Source of the DNA: an uncultured Acidobacteriaceae bacterium
GTDB lineage: Bacteria; Acidobacteriota; Terriglobia; Terriglobales; Acidobacteriaceae
NCBI GenBank assembly: GCA_963832755.1
Contig: CAWHVM010000003.1
Coordinates: 521,420 to 585,419 of the forward strand
Direction: 5' to 3'
Length of the DNA stretch: 64,000 nucleotides
Below, one piece after another: positions 55,114 to 63,070 of this stretch. The first letter of the stretch is position 1. The number at the start of each line of letters is the position of its first letter. The translations under genes and the position numbers were made by a program. The notes beneath the pieces are model-generated. The model did no database searches, was not told the origin of the DNA, and worked only from the letters and a program-made list of their open reading frames with translations.

Positions 55114-55787
55114 ACGAACCGGTCGTGGTTCGCAATGTGGAGCAGCCGCCTGCCGAAGTCGTTGCCGCCCTGGAGAAGTTCGGTGTGACCACGGTGCACG
55201 AAGCGCAAGGACGTTGCGGCCTACTCGCTTCCTACATGCGCCCAATTTTTCCTGGCGCCACCATCGCCGGCCCGGCGGTGACCGTGTCGCTTCCTCCCGG
55301 CGACAACCTGATGATCCACGTGGCCGTCGAAGTGTGCTGCGCGGGAAATATTCTCATCGTTGCTCCAACTTCACCCTGTACAGACGGCTATTTCGGCGAG
55401 CTGCTCGCTACCTCCCTGCGTGCTCACGGCGTGAAGGGACTTGTGATTGACGCAGGTTGTCGCGACATCCGCCCTCTGACGGAAATGAAGTTTCCCGTCT
55501 GGAGCCGGGCCATCCATTCGCAAGGAACCGTGAAGAGCACGCTGGGGTCGGTGAATGTTCCGGTGGTGTGTGCGGGCGCAGTGGTGGAAGCCGGTGATGT
55601 GATTGTCGCCGATGATGACGGAGTCGTCGTGGTGCGGCGGACCGTTGCGCGTGAAGTAGCCGCTGCGGCAGAACAGCGGGCTCGCAAAGAAGATGCCACT
55701 CGAGAGCGGCTGGCCCGAGGTGAACTCGGTCTAGACATCTACGGCTTGCGCAAGAAGGTCGTGGACCTGGGATTGAAATACATCTGA
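55110..55787 (+). CDS. galC: RraA-fold 4-carboxy-4-hydroxy-2-oxoadipate aldolase / oxaloacetate decarboxylase (GalC/LigK type)
   Basis: ...[16 protein letters not shown]...[11 protein letters not shown]...[27 protein letters not shown]...[15 protein letters not shown] overlap with the upstream gene. Confidence 0.85.
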   Translation: MNEPVVVRNVEQPPAEVVAALEKFGVTTVHEAQGRCGLLASYMRPIFPGATIAGPAVTVSLPPGDNLMIHVAVEVCCAGNILIVAPTSPCTDGYFGELLATSLRAHGVKGLVIDAGCRDIRPLTEMKFPVWSRAIHSQGTVKSTLGSVNVPVVCAGAVVEAGDVIVADDDGVVVVRRTVAREVAAAAEQRARKEDATRERLARGELGLDIYGLRKKVVDLGLKYI

Positions 55788-55799
55788 AGTTTTTTTGCA

Positions 55800-56936
55800 A
55801 TGTCGCGAACCTTGCAAATTGCCATCCCTTGTACACTGATGCGCGGCGGCACGTCTAAAGGGCCTTTCTTCCTGGCCAGCGACCTGCCAAGCGATGCGCA
55901 AACACGCGACCGGGTGTTGCTGGCTGCGATGGGATCTCCCGACCCCAGGCAAATCGACGGCGTCGGCGGCGCGGATCCTTTGACCAGCAAGGTGGCCATC
56001 GTCTCCCGTTCTTCGCGGCCCGAGATTGATGTCGATTATCTCTTTGCTCAAGTTTCTGTGGATCGGTCGCTGGTCGACGTTACGCCCACGTGCGGAAACA
56101 TGCTGGCAGGCGTCGGACCCTTTGCCATCGAACGTGGCCTGATTGCGGCCAGGGATCCAGTTACTGCGGTCACGATTTATATGGTGAACACCGGAACCGT
56201 GGCCGTGGCTCATGTGCCCACGCCCGGCGACGAAGTAACCTACGCCGGAGAAACGTCGATTGCCGGAGTTCCGGGCACGGCGGCCGCGATCCGCATCGAT
56301 TTCCGCGATACAGCAGGTGCAGTTTGTGGCGCTCTGCTGCCGACCGGCAAGATGCTCGACCAGTTCGACGGAATCGAGGCGACCCTGATTGATAACGGCA
56401 TGCCGATGGTTGTGCTGCGCGCTTCGGATTTCGGCAAATCTGGATACGAAACCCCTGCCGAGCTGAACTCCGACCAACAACTTAAAACGCGTCTGGAAGC
56501 GATTCGTATTCTGGCGGGCGAGCGCATGGGCTTGGGCGACGTGCGTTCGAAAGTAGTTCCGAAAATGACTTTGATCGCACCCCCGCAATCCGGCGGGCAC
56601 GTAATGACGCGCACATTTATTCCGCACAAATGTCACGCGGCCATCGGAGTTTTGATGGCGGTGACGGTGGGCACGGCGTGCATTCTTCCGGGCTCAGTCG
56701 CGCGTGGCATCGTGCGCTCGCAAAATGGGGCAGTGCAACGGCTCTCGATTGAGCATCCCAGCGGCGAATTTTCGGTTGAGTTTCAGGTGGAGCACTACGG
56801 CGGTGAACTGAAAGTGATCCGCTCGAGTCTGATTCGAACAGCGCGCGCGCTTTTTCGCGGCGAACTGCTAGTGCCGGCAAGCGTGTGGGAGGGAAACAAG
56901 ATCCTGACCTCCGCCGATGTTTCGCGAACCACGTAA
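55800..56936 (+). CDS. galD: PrpF-family isomerase, 4-oxalomesaconate tautomerase (GalD/LigU type)
   Basis: MSRTLQIAIPCTLMRGGTSKGPFFLASDLP...SPDPRQIDGVGGADPLTSKVAIV...TPTCGNM. 378 aa. Confidence 0.83.
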   Translation: MSRTLQIAIPCTLMRGGTSKGPFFLASDLPSDAQTRDRVLLAAMGSPDPRQIDGVGGADPLTSKVAIVSRSSRPEIDVDYLFAQVSVDRSLVDVTPTCGNMLAGVGPFAIERGLIAARDPVTAVTIYMVNTGTVAVAHVPTPGDEVTYAGETSIAGVPGTAAAIRIDFRDTAGAVCGALLPTGKMLDQFDGIEATLIDNGMPMVVLRASDFGKSGYETPAELNSDQQLKTRLEAIRILAGERMGLGDVRSKVVPKMTLIAPPQSGGHVMTRTFIPHKCHAAIGVLMAVTVGTACILPGSVARGIVRSQNGAVQRLSIEHPSGEFSVEFQVEHYGGELKVIRSSLIRTARALFRGELLVPASVWEGNKILTSADVSRTT

Positions 56937-56953
56937 CACACATCGTAGGAAAC

Positions 56954-57245
56954 ATGCATCCCACGAAATCCATTGATCGGGTAGCTATCATCGGCTTTGG
57001 TGAAGCCGGCGGTATTTTCGCTCACGATTTCGCCAAGCAAATGAGTGTCTCTAGTTCTTGACATTCTGTTCCACTCCAAGCGACGGCGACAACCCATGCT
57101 GAGGAACGCGCAAGCGTGCAGTGGTCAATCCACGACGCCGGCCAGGGCCGAGCAAGTGAGCTTGCACCTGCGAATGACAAGTCAGTATGCCGGCGTTACT
57201 CGTTCGACGGATGTTGTGCGGCTCGCACTCGGCAAATTTCTGTAA
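56954..57245 (+). pseudogene. remnant of an NAD(P)-binding (6PGDH-NAD-binding/DUF1932-like) dehydrogenase gene. Only about 36 in-frame codons are intact, followed by degraded sequence.
   Basis: ATG 56954 (AGGA 4 nt upstream) encodes MHPTKSIDRVAIIGFGEAGGIFAHDFAKQ, a Rossmann GxGxxG start, then hits TGA at 57062-57064. Only about 290 nt remain before the convergent GntR gene, whereas this family normally needs about 870 nt. Confidence 0.35.
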
Positions 57246-57965
57246 CTAACGGTCCGGAGCTGAGACTTCTGCAGCTGCCCCCACCGATCGCAAACCCAGC
57301 CTCGAAAGATTCATGCTTACCTTTGCTCCGTGGGCGTGCTCAACCATCAGGGCGGTCACTCGAGAACTCTCACCGTTTTCCAGCGCCTGAACGATGGTGT
57401 GGTGCTGGCGGTGCGAGTAGAGCAGGTGGTCGTACATGCGTGGAAGGTCAATCTTATCGAATGCAATCGCATGCGCCGCCGCAAACGGAATTCGCCCGTT
57501 GCGCTGGATCGCCTCAGCGACTACTTTGCTGCCTGATCCTTCCACGATCAGCGAATGGAATTGCCTATTCATGTCGCCGTATCGCGCTTCGTCCGCCAGA
57601 ACCAAGTGCCCTTTGGCGAAGATCTCATCCCCCTCAAAGAGACACTCATGCAGAGAGTGGATGAGGCGCCGGGGCGGCCCTTGTTCCGCCAACATACGAC
57701 CCGCCAAGCCCTCCAGAGCACCGCGGACGTCAATCGCATCCATGATTTCCTGCGGCGTGAATGCCCTCACAACAAACCCGCGAGTATTCAGCTGAGTCAA
57801 TACGCCTTCCTGTGCGAGGATAGGTAGAGCTTCACGCACCGGGGTTCGGGAAACCCCAAGCTTGGCCGCAAGTTCGACCTCTCTCACTCGCTCGCCTGGA
57901 GGTAGTTCTCCGTGGAGGACCATTTCGCGTATTCTTACGATCACCCGAGAGTTCTTGCCTGCCAT
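57246..57965 (-). CDS. GntR-family (FadR/FCD-type) transcriptional regulator
   Basis: Start trimmed to MAGKNSRVIVRIREMVLHGELPPGERVREVELAAKLGVSRTPVREAL, followed by an all-helical FCD-like C-terminus. Confidence 0.87.
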   Translation of the reverse strand: MAGKNSRVIVRIREMVLHGELPPGERVREVELAAKLGVSRTPVREALPILAQEGVLTQLNTRGFVVRAFTPQEIMDAIDVRGALEGLAGRMLAEQGPPRRLIHSLHECLFEGDEIFAKGHLVLADEARYGDMNRQFHSLIVEGSGSKVVAEAIQRNGRIPFAAAHAIAFDKIDLPRMYDHLLYSHRQHHTIVQALENGESSRVTALMVEHAHGAKVSMNLSRLGLRSVGAAAEVSAPDR

Positions 57966-58131
57966 TTTGTATGCAACCTGGGTAGGCCCGCCATTCAGGG
58001 CTGAAAGTCGCATACATTCTATTCGAATTCTGACGGGCCGAAAAACAATAAGTGAGCTGCAGGCGCGGCCAAGGGGTTACGATTCAATCCGCTTGTCGGC
58101 ACAAGTGAACAGCTTGAAATGGAGGTAACCG

Positions 58132-58863
58132 ATGTCGACCTATGTTTTGGTGCATGGCGCGTGGCGAGGCAGTTGGATCTGGAAGCGAGTCCGCAAAGCG
58201 CTGCAGGCGCACGGACACGAAGTCTTCACGCCCACTTTGACCGGCGTTGGCGAACGCAGCCATCTACTGTCTCCGCAAGTGAACCTTGAAACGCACATCG
58301 CCGATGTGATGAACCTCATTCGAGGGGAAGAGCTCTGCGACGTTGTGTTGTGCGGCCATTCGTACGGGGGGTGTGTCGTGAGCAGCGTGGCCGACCGCAT
58401 TCCAGAAAAGATAGGTGCGCTGGTCTATGTCGACGCATTTGTTCCCGAAAATGGTCAGAGCCTTCATGACACGCTTCCGCCGGAAGCCCGCAACGAACAA
58501 CTTGATGCTGCGAGAAAAGTGGGGGAAGGTTGGAAGACGCCCGCGATTCCCGCACAGGCATTCAACGTCAACTCCCGAGATCGCGATTGGGTGGACCGGC
58601 AGTCGACATCGCATCCCTTAGCGTGCTTTCAACAGCCCGTCCGTCTTACGGGAGCGATGAACCGGATCGGGGACATTACTTATATCATCGCAACCGGCTG
58701 GAGCCCCTCACCGTTCCCGCAGTTTTACGACAAGGCGAAAGCCCGGGGATGGAAGACACTCACTTTGGCATGCGGCCACGATGTGATGCTGGATCAACCG
58801 GAAGAACTTACTCAGGAATTATTGCCGATCTCTTCGCGGTCGGCGCCCGTGCGGCCGGCATAG
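58132..58863 (+). CDS. alpha/beta-fold esterase (SABP2/methyl-esterase-like)
   Basis: MSTYVLVHGAWRGSWIWKRV...VVLCGHSYGG (GxSxG nucleophile elbow). 243 aa. Confidence 0.83.
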   Translation: MSTYVLVHGAWRGSWIWKRVRKALQAHGHEVFTPTLTGVGERSHLLSPQVNLETHIADVMNLIRGEELCDVVLCGHSYGGCVVSSVADRIPEKIGALVYVDAFVPENGQSLHDTLPPEARNEQLDAARKVGEGWKTPAIPAQAFNVNSRDRDWVDRQSTSHPLACFQQPVRLTGAMNRIGDITYIIATGWSPSPFPQFYDKAKARGWKTLTLACGHDVMLDQPEELTQELLPISSRSAPVRPA

Positions 58864-58920
58864 CTCGATCCGGAGGCAAATGGCTTTTAGGGTCGACGCG
58901 ATGGCAGGCCTCGCTTGCGC

Positions 58921-59769
58921 TCAGGCCTCCAGCCGAAACAAGCGCATCGCATTTTCTTTCAGGATCAGCGGACGCACTTCGTCACGGATAGACAGCTTCT
59001 GGAAATCGGCCAGCCATCGATCGGGCGAAATCAACGGATAGTCGGAGCCGAACAACACTTTGTGCTTAAGCAGCGTGTTTGCATATTGCACGAGTATCGG
59101 CGGGAAGTACTTCGGCGACCAGCCCGAGAGATCGATGTATACCTGGGGCTTGTGCAGACACACGGAGATGGCCTCGTCCTGCCAGGGAAATGAGGGGTGC
59201 GCCATGATGATCGGCATGTCGGGGAAGTCGACGGCCACATCGTCGATATCCATGGGGTTGCCATACTTCAAGTGAACCCCGCCGCCCCCGGGCAACCCCG
59301 CGCCGATGCCGCTGTGCCCAGTATGAAAGATCACCGGCAATTTGGCTTGGTTGATGACTTCATAAAATGGATACGCCAGCTTGTCATTGGGATGGAACTG
59401 CTGCACCGGCGGATGGAGTTTGAAACCGCGAATCCCGCCCGCGGCAATTAACCGTTTCGCCTCTTCCACCGCTGCTTTGCCGCGCATGGGGTCTACGCTG
59501 GCGAAGGCGAACATGATATCGGAGTTTTCCGCGGCGAAGGCCGCGACCTCGTCGTTCGGAATGGGCGTGCGTCCGGTGAGCCGTTCGTCCACGCTGAAAA
59601 TCACACAGCCGATCTTGCGCGAGCGGTAGTATTCGGCTAGCGCGTGGCGGTCGCGGTCCACGCCGGAATTGCCGAAGTATTTTTTGGCGGCTTCGTTGGC
59701 CGCATTCTTGCCCTCATCATTTTCAAGGTGGACATGCACATCGATGGCGATCAGGTCACGAGCGTTCAT
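58921..59769 (-). CDS. amidohydrolase-2 (COG2159-type TIM-barrel metal-dependent hydrolase/decarboxylase) family protein
   Basis: AIDVHVHL..., FKLHPP, VIFHTGHSG and LFGSDYP. The ATG overlaps the pcaL stop (ATGA). Confidence 0.83.
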   Translation of the reverse strand: MNARDLIAIDVHVHLENDEGKNAANEAAKKYFGNSGVDRDRHALAEYYRSRKIGCVIFSVDERLTGRTPIPNDEVAAFAAENSDIMFAFASVDPMRGKAAVEEAKRLIAAGGIRGFKLHPPVQQFHPNDKLAYPFYEVINQAKLPVIFHTGHSGIGAGLPGGGGVHLKYGNPMDIDDVAVDFPDMPIIMAHPSFPWQDEAISVCLHKPQVYIDLSGWSPKYFPPILVQYANTLLKHKVLFGSDYPLISPDRWLADFQKLSIRDEVRPLILKENAMRLFRLEA

Positions 59770-60965
59770 TTCTTCGCCTCGTGGGGCGGCTGTAATGCCG
59801 GCTGCAATCCTGCGTCTTCAAGCTCTTTCTGGGCGATGTGAAACGCCGTGTTGGATGCGGGCACGCCCGCATAGATTGCGGTCTGAAGAAGGAGCTCTTT
59901 CACATCGCATGGCTCCAATTCGTGCCGCAATCCAGCGCGCAGGTGCAGAGCAAACTCTTCCCATCGTCCCAGTGCCGCCGTGGTTGCAAGCACAAGCAAT
60001 CGTCGCGTCCGCGCATCCAATGCCGGACGTGTCCAAATGGTTCCCCACGCGTACCGCGTAATCAAATCCTGAAACTCGCGATTGAAATCGTTCGTTGCCG
60101 CAGTGGCCCGATCGACGTAATCCTCGCCCAACGTTGCGCGGCGCATGGCCAATCCTGCTTCAAGACGTTGAGCGTCATCCAGTTCGGGCCGCAGAAATTC
60201 GAGCAACGTTGCAAGAAAAGACCTGGGCCGCTCCAGGTTAGAAAGATGAGCTGCCGGCAAGTGCAGAGAACGCGCGTTCGGAATTTGCTGCGCCAGGACT
60301 TCGCCGTTACCTGCCCAGGGAGTCGAAACATCGCGATCCCCTGAAATTACCAGCGTCGGAACACGAATGTTCCGCAGGGTCTCCCGCGAATCGAAGTCGC
60401 GCAGCGCGGCGCAACATCCGGCATATCCACTGGGATCTGTTCCCAACAAGGCCAACTTCACCATGCTGGCGTGCACATTGGAGCTGACTAGAGTTTGCGG
60501 CGAGAAAAATCGCTGCATCGCCATATCAACAATCGCAGCCATCCCTCCCTCACTTACCATTTTGATTCGCGTTTCCCAGTTGCTGCGCTCCCCAAATTTT
60601 GGTGCGGTGTTAGCAAGAATCAGCCTTGTAAGGCGATCTGCGGCGTTCACGCCAAGCCACTGGCCAATGGCGCCTCCCATCGAGAGGCCGCAGAAGGCAA
60701 ACTGCCGAATGCCCAGGGAATCGGCTAGGGCCAGAACGTCGCGCCCAAGCAATTCAATCGAGTATTCGCCTTTGGTTGCTTCGGAAGCGCCATGGCCGCG
60801 CGTGTCATATCGCAGGACCTGAAAATGGGCAAGCAAATCGAGGGCTTGCGGTGTCCACATCGCATGATCGGTGCCGATCGAATGGGAAAGCACCAGCACC
60901 GGCTTTCCAGGCACTCCCGCGAGTCTGTAGAACAGCCGCGTGTCGTTGCAATTGGCGAATGGCAA
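59766..60965 (-). CDS. pcaL: fused 3-oxoadipate enol-lactonase / 4-carboxymuconolactone decarboxylase
   Basis: TTG start (GGGGGAG 9 nt upstream). N-terminal alpha/beta hydrolase part (VLVLSHSIGTDHAMW, GLSMGG). C-terminal PcaC part (RYAWGTIWTRPALDARTRRLLVLATTAALGRWEEF...AIYAGVPA). Confidence 0.9.
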   Translation of the reverse strand: MPFANCNDTRLFYRLAGVPGKPVLVLSHSIGTDHAMWTPQALDLLAHFQVLRYDTRGHGASEATKGEYSIELLGRDVLALADSLGIRQFAFCGLSMGGAIGQWLGVNAADRLTRLILANTAPKFGERSNWETRIKMVSEGGMAAIVDMAMQRFFSPQTLVSSNVHASMVKLALLGTDPSGYAGCCAALRDFDSRETLRNIRVPTLVISGDRDVSTPWAGNGEVLAQQIPNARSLHLPAAHLSNLERPRSFLATLLEFLRPELDDAQRLEAGLAMRRATLGEDYVDRATAATNDFNREFQDLITRYAWGTIWTRPALDARTRRLLVLATTAALGRWEEFALHLRAGLRHELEPCDVKELLLQTAIYAGVPASNTAFHIAQKELEDAGLQPALQPPHEAKK

Positions 60966-60968
60966 GTT

Positions 60969-62327
60969 TTATCGCTCCCCCTCTTCGGAGGTCGCACTCT
61001 TCAGCAGAGCCTGGCGGAACTCTTCCGCAGAACCGAGGTACTGTTCCGGAATCTCGAGCTGGTCAAGCACAGAACGATTCAGGCGCGAACTGACTTCCGG
61101 CAACTCTGCCAACAGCGCAGAGAGAGCTTTGTTCTGCGCAGTGCTCTTTTGTATTGTCTCTTCCAGGAGCTTGTGGGCAACGTCACGCCCCAATTCGGCG
61201 GCCAGCAGCATCATCGCCCGCTCAGCGAAGATCAGGCCCTTAGTGTTTGCGATGTTCTGCCGCATTCGTGCCGGGTCCACCGAAAGCCCCTCGGCAACTT
61301 CCGCCATCGATGACGCCGCTGCCCCTGTCGATTGAATCACGGCCGCTACCGTCGGCCACTCAGATTGCCAGCCGCCGACGGCTCGTTCGTGCTCCTGCAC
61401 CATGGCTGAAAGAAAATTCGCTACCAGCCCGGGAACTCGCTCAGCCGCGGCAAGAGTCAGTGCGCAAGCGATTGGATTTCGTTTGTGCGGCATGGCGGAA
61501 GATCCGCCTCTGCCGTCGCCACCCGGTTCGGCCACTTCGGCCACTTCGCTCTGCATCAGCAAGCTGATGTCACGCGCCATCTTACCCAGCGAACCGGTCA
61601 GTACTCCGCAACAGCAGACCAGATTCGCCAACCGGTCGCGATGCGTATGCCAGGGCGCTTCGGGGCAGCGCATTCCAAGTTCTTCGGCGAGGGCGCGAGC
61701 CACAACCGTTCCCTTATCTGCCAACGATGCCAACGTTCCCGATGCGCCGCCGAATTGAAGAACCAGGGCTTCATCGAACGCGCTCTCCAGACGCTTTTCA
61801 CTTCGACTCAGCGCCCCCAGCCAGCCCGCGGCTTTCAAGCCGAACGTCACGGGCGGGGCTGCCTGCATCAGAGTTCGGCCCAGCATGACGGTGGCTTTGT
61901 GCCGCTCGGAAAGGTCAATCAATGCCTTTTCCAGCCGCCTTAGATCGCCGGCAAGGATGGTCTGTGAACGCTTTAGTAAAAGAACCAGCCCAGTGTCGGC
62001 AACGTCCTGGCTGGTAGCACCCCAGTGCACCCAGCCCGCGGCTTCAGGGGCTGCGGCCCTCACCTTCTCAGTCAAAGCCTTCACCAAAGGAATTCCGGGC
62101 GTGCCTGCGCGAAACATGCTATGCGCGAGAGCGTGGATATCGAATTCACCAGCATGGGCGGCTGCGGCGATGCGATCGGCGGCGGACTTCGGCACAATGC
62201 CTGCACGCGCCTCTGCGCGTGCGAGCGCCACTTCAAAATCCAGCATCGCTTGCAGAATGGAGATGTCCGAGAACACTTCGGCAAGTGGCTCGGTTGTGGC
62301 TAGACTCTCGATCAGACGCGCTGCCAA
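60969..62327 (-). CDS. pcaB: 3-carboxy-cis,cis-muconate cycloisomerase
   Basis: TTG start (GAGGGAG 5 nt upstream). ...FSDISILQAMLDFEVALARAEA...HWGATSQDV...GSSAMPHKRNP (fumarate-lyase-superfamily signature). Confidence 0.9.
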   Translation of the reverse strand: MAARLIESLATTEPLAEVFSDISILQAMLDFEVALARAEARAGIVPKSAADRIAAAAHAGEFDIHALAHSMFRAGTPGIPLVKALTEKVRAAAPEAAGWVHWGATSQDVADTGLVLLLKRSQTILAGDLRRLEKALIDLSERHKATVMLGRTLMQAAPPVTFGLKAAGWLGALSRSEKRLESAFDEALVLQFGGASGTLASLADKGTVVARALAEELGMRCPEAPWHTHRDRLANLVCCCGVLTGSLGKMARDISLLMQSEVAEVAEPGGDGRGGSSAMPHKRNPIACALTLAAAERVPGLVANFLSAMVQEHERAVGGWQSEWPTVAAVIQSTGAAASSMAEVAEGLSVDPARMRQNIANTKGLIFAERAMMLLAAELGRDVAHKLLEETIQKSTAQNKALSALLAELPEVSSRLNRSVLDQLEIPEQYLGSAEEFRQALLKSATSEEGER

Positions 62328-62508
62328 AGCTGCTCCCTCAGTGCGGCATTATACGTGCGCCGGCTTCGAGAACAACGTCAACTTTGCAGACTCGCAGGCG
62401 CAAAGAGAGATGGCTCGTCTTCCGCCCCCGTCTTCCGCGAAAGATAAGCCGACATTGCCAGACGCGCCCAGTTGGATTAGATTATGGCGGTCGCAGGTAG
62501 CAGACCCT

Positions 62509-63003
62509 ATGCCCATTCTCGATGGCAAGAGCAGTATGGATGCAGTCGTGCGCGAATATGCTTTCCCTGATATCCACATCGGGGCCAGCGAGGATGAATC
62601 TCCCTGGGTTCCTTTCCGGCCGAATGTGTTTATTCGTCATCTCGCATTCGACGTGCGAACGAACATGTACGCGAATGTTCTATGGGTGAAGTCGGGAGGC
62701 ATGTTGGGCCGGCATCGCCATCGTGGACGAGTTTTTGGTTATACCCTGGAAGGAAGTTGGCGTTACCTCGAATACGACTGGGTGGCTCGAGCCGGCAGCT
62801 ACGTGCAGGAAAGTCCGGGCGCGATTCATACTTTGGTTTCCGACCAGGGCATGAAGACGGTTTTCTGGCTCAACGGATCGCTGGAGTTTTTTGACGAAAA
62901 CGATGGCCTGCTTGAGACGCTCGATGTCTTCTGGTTTATCGATCACTACCTTAGCTATTGCCGCGAGAACGGTATCCCGATCAACAAGAAACTGTTTGTG
63001 TGA
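62509..63003 (+). CDS. cupin, 2,4'-dihydroxyacetophenone-dioxygenase (DAD)-like, paralog 2 (alternative start ATG 62410)
   Basis: MPILDGKSSMDAVVREYAFPDIHIGASEDESPWVPFRPN...RHRHRGRVFGYTLEGSWRYLEYDW...HTLVSD...YCRENGIPINKKLFV. The 5-prime part of the 372-aa track ORF is antisense to pcaB. Confidence 0.78.
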   Translation: MPILDGKSSMDAVVREYAFPDIHIGASEDESPWVPFRPNVFIRHLAFDVRTNMYANVLWVKSGGMLGRHRHRGRVFGYTLEGSWRYLEYDWVARAGSYVQESPGAIHTLVSDQGMKTVFWLNGSLEFFDENDGLLETLDVFWFIDHYLSYCRENGIPINKKLFV

Positions 63004-63070
63004 GTTGCCGCCACAGACGGGTCCGGCGTTATAGTTTGGCCTGCAGTGTGGCATGCTATGATGCGGCGGC

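Noticed and set aside
55731-56636. 301-aa minus-strand ORF opposite the PrpF/GalD-like gene
   Set aside because: Same reasoning: it is antisense to a gene with a clear family signature (MRGGTSKG..., TPTCGNM) and has no motifs of its own.
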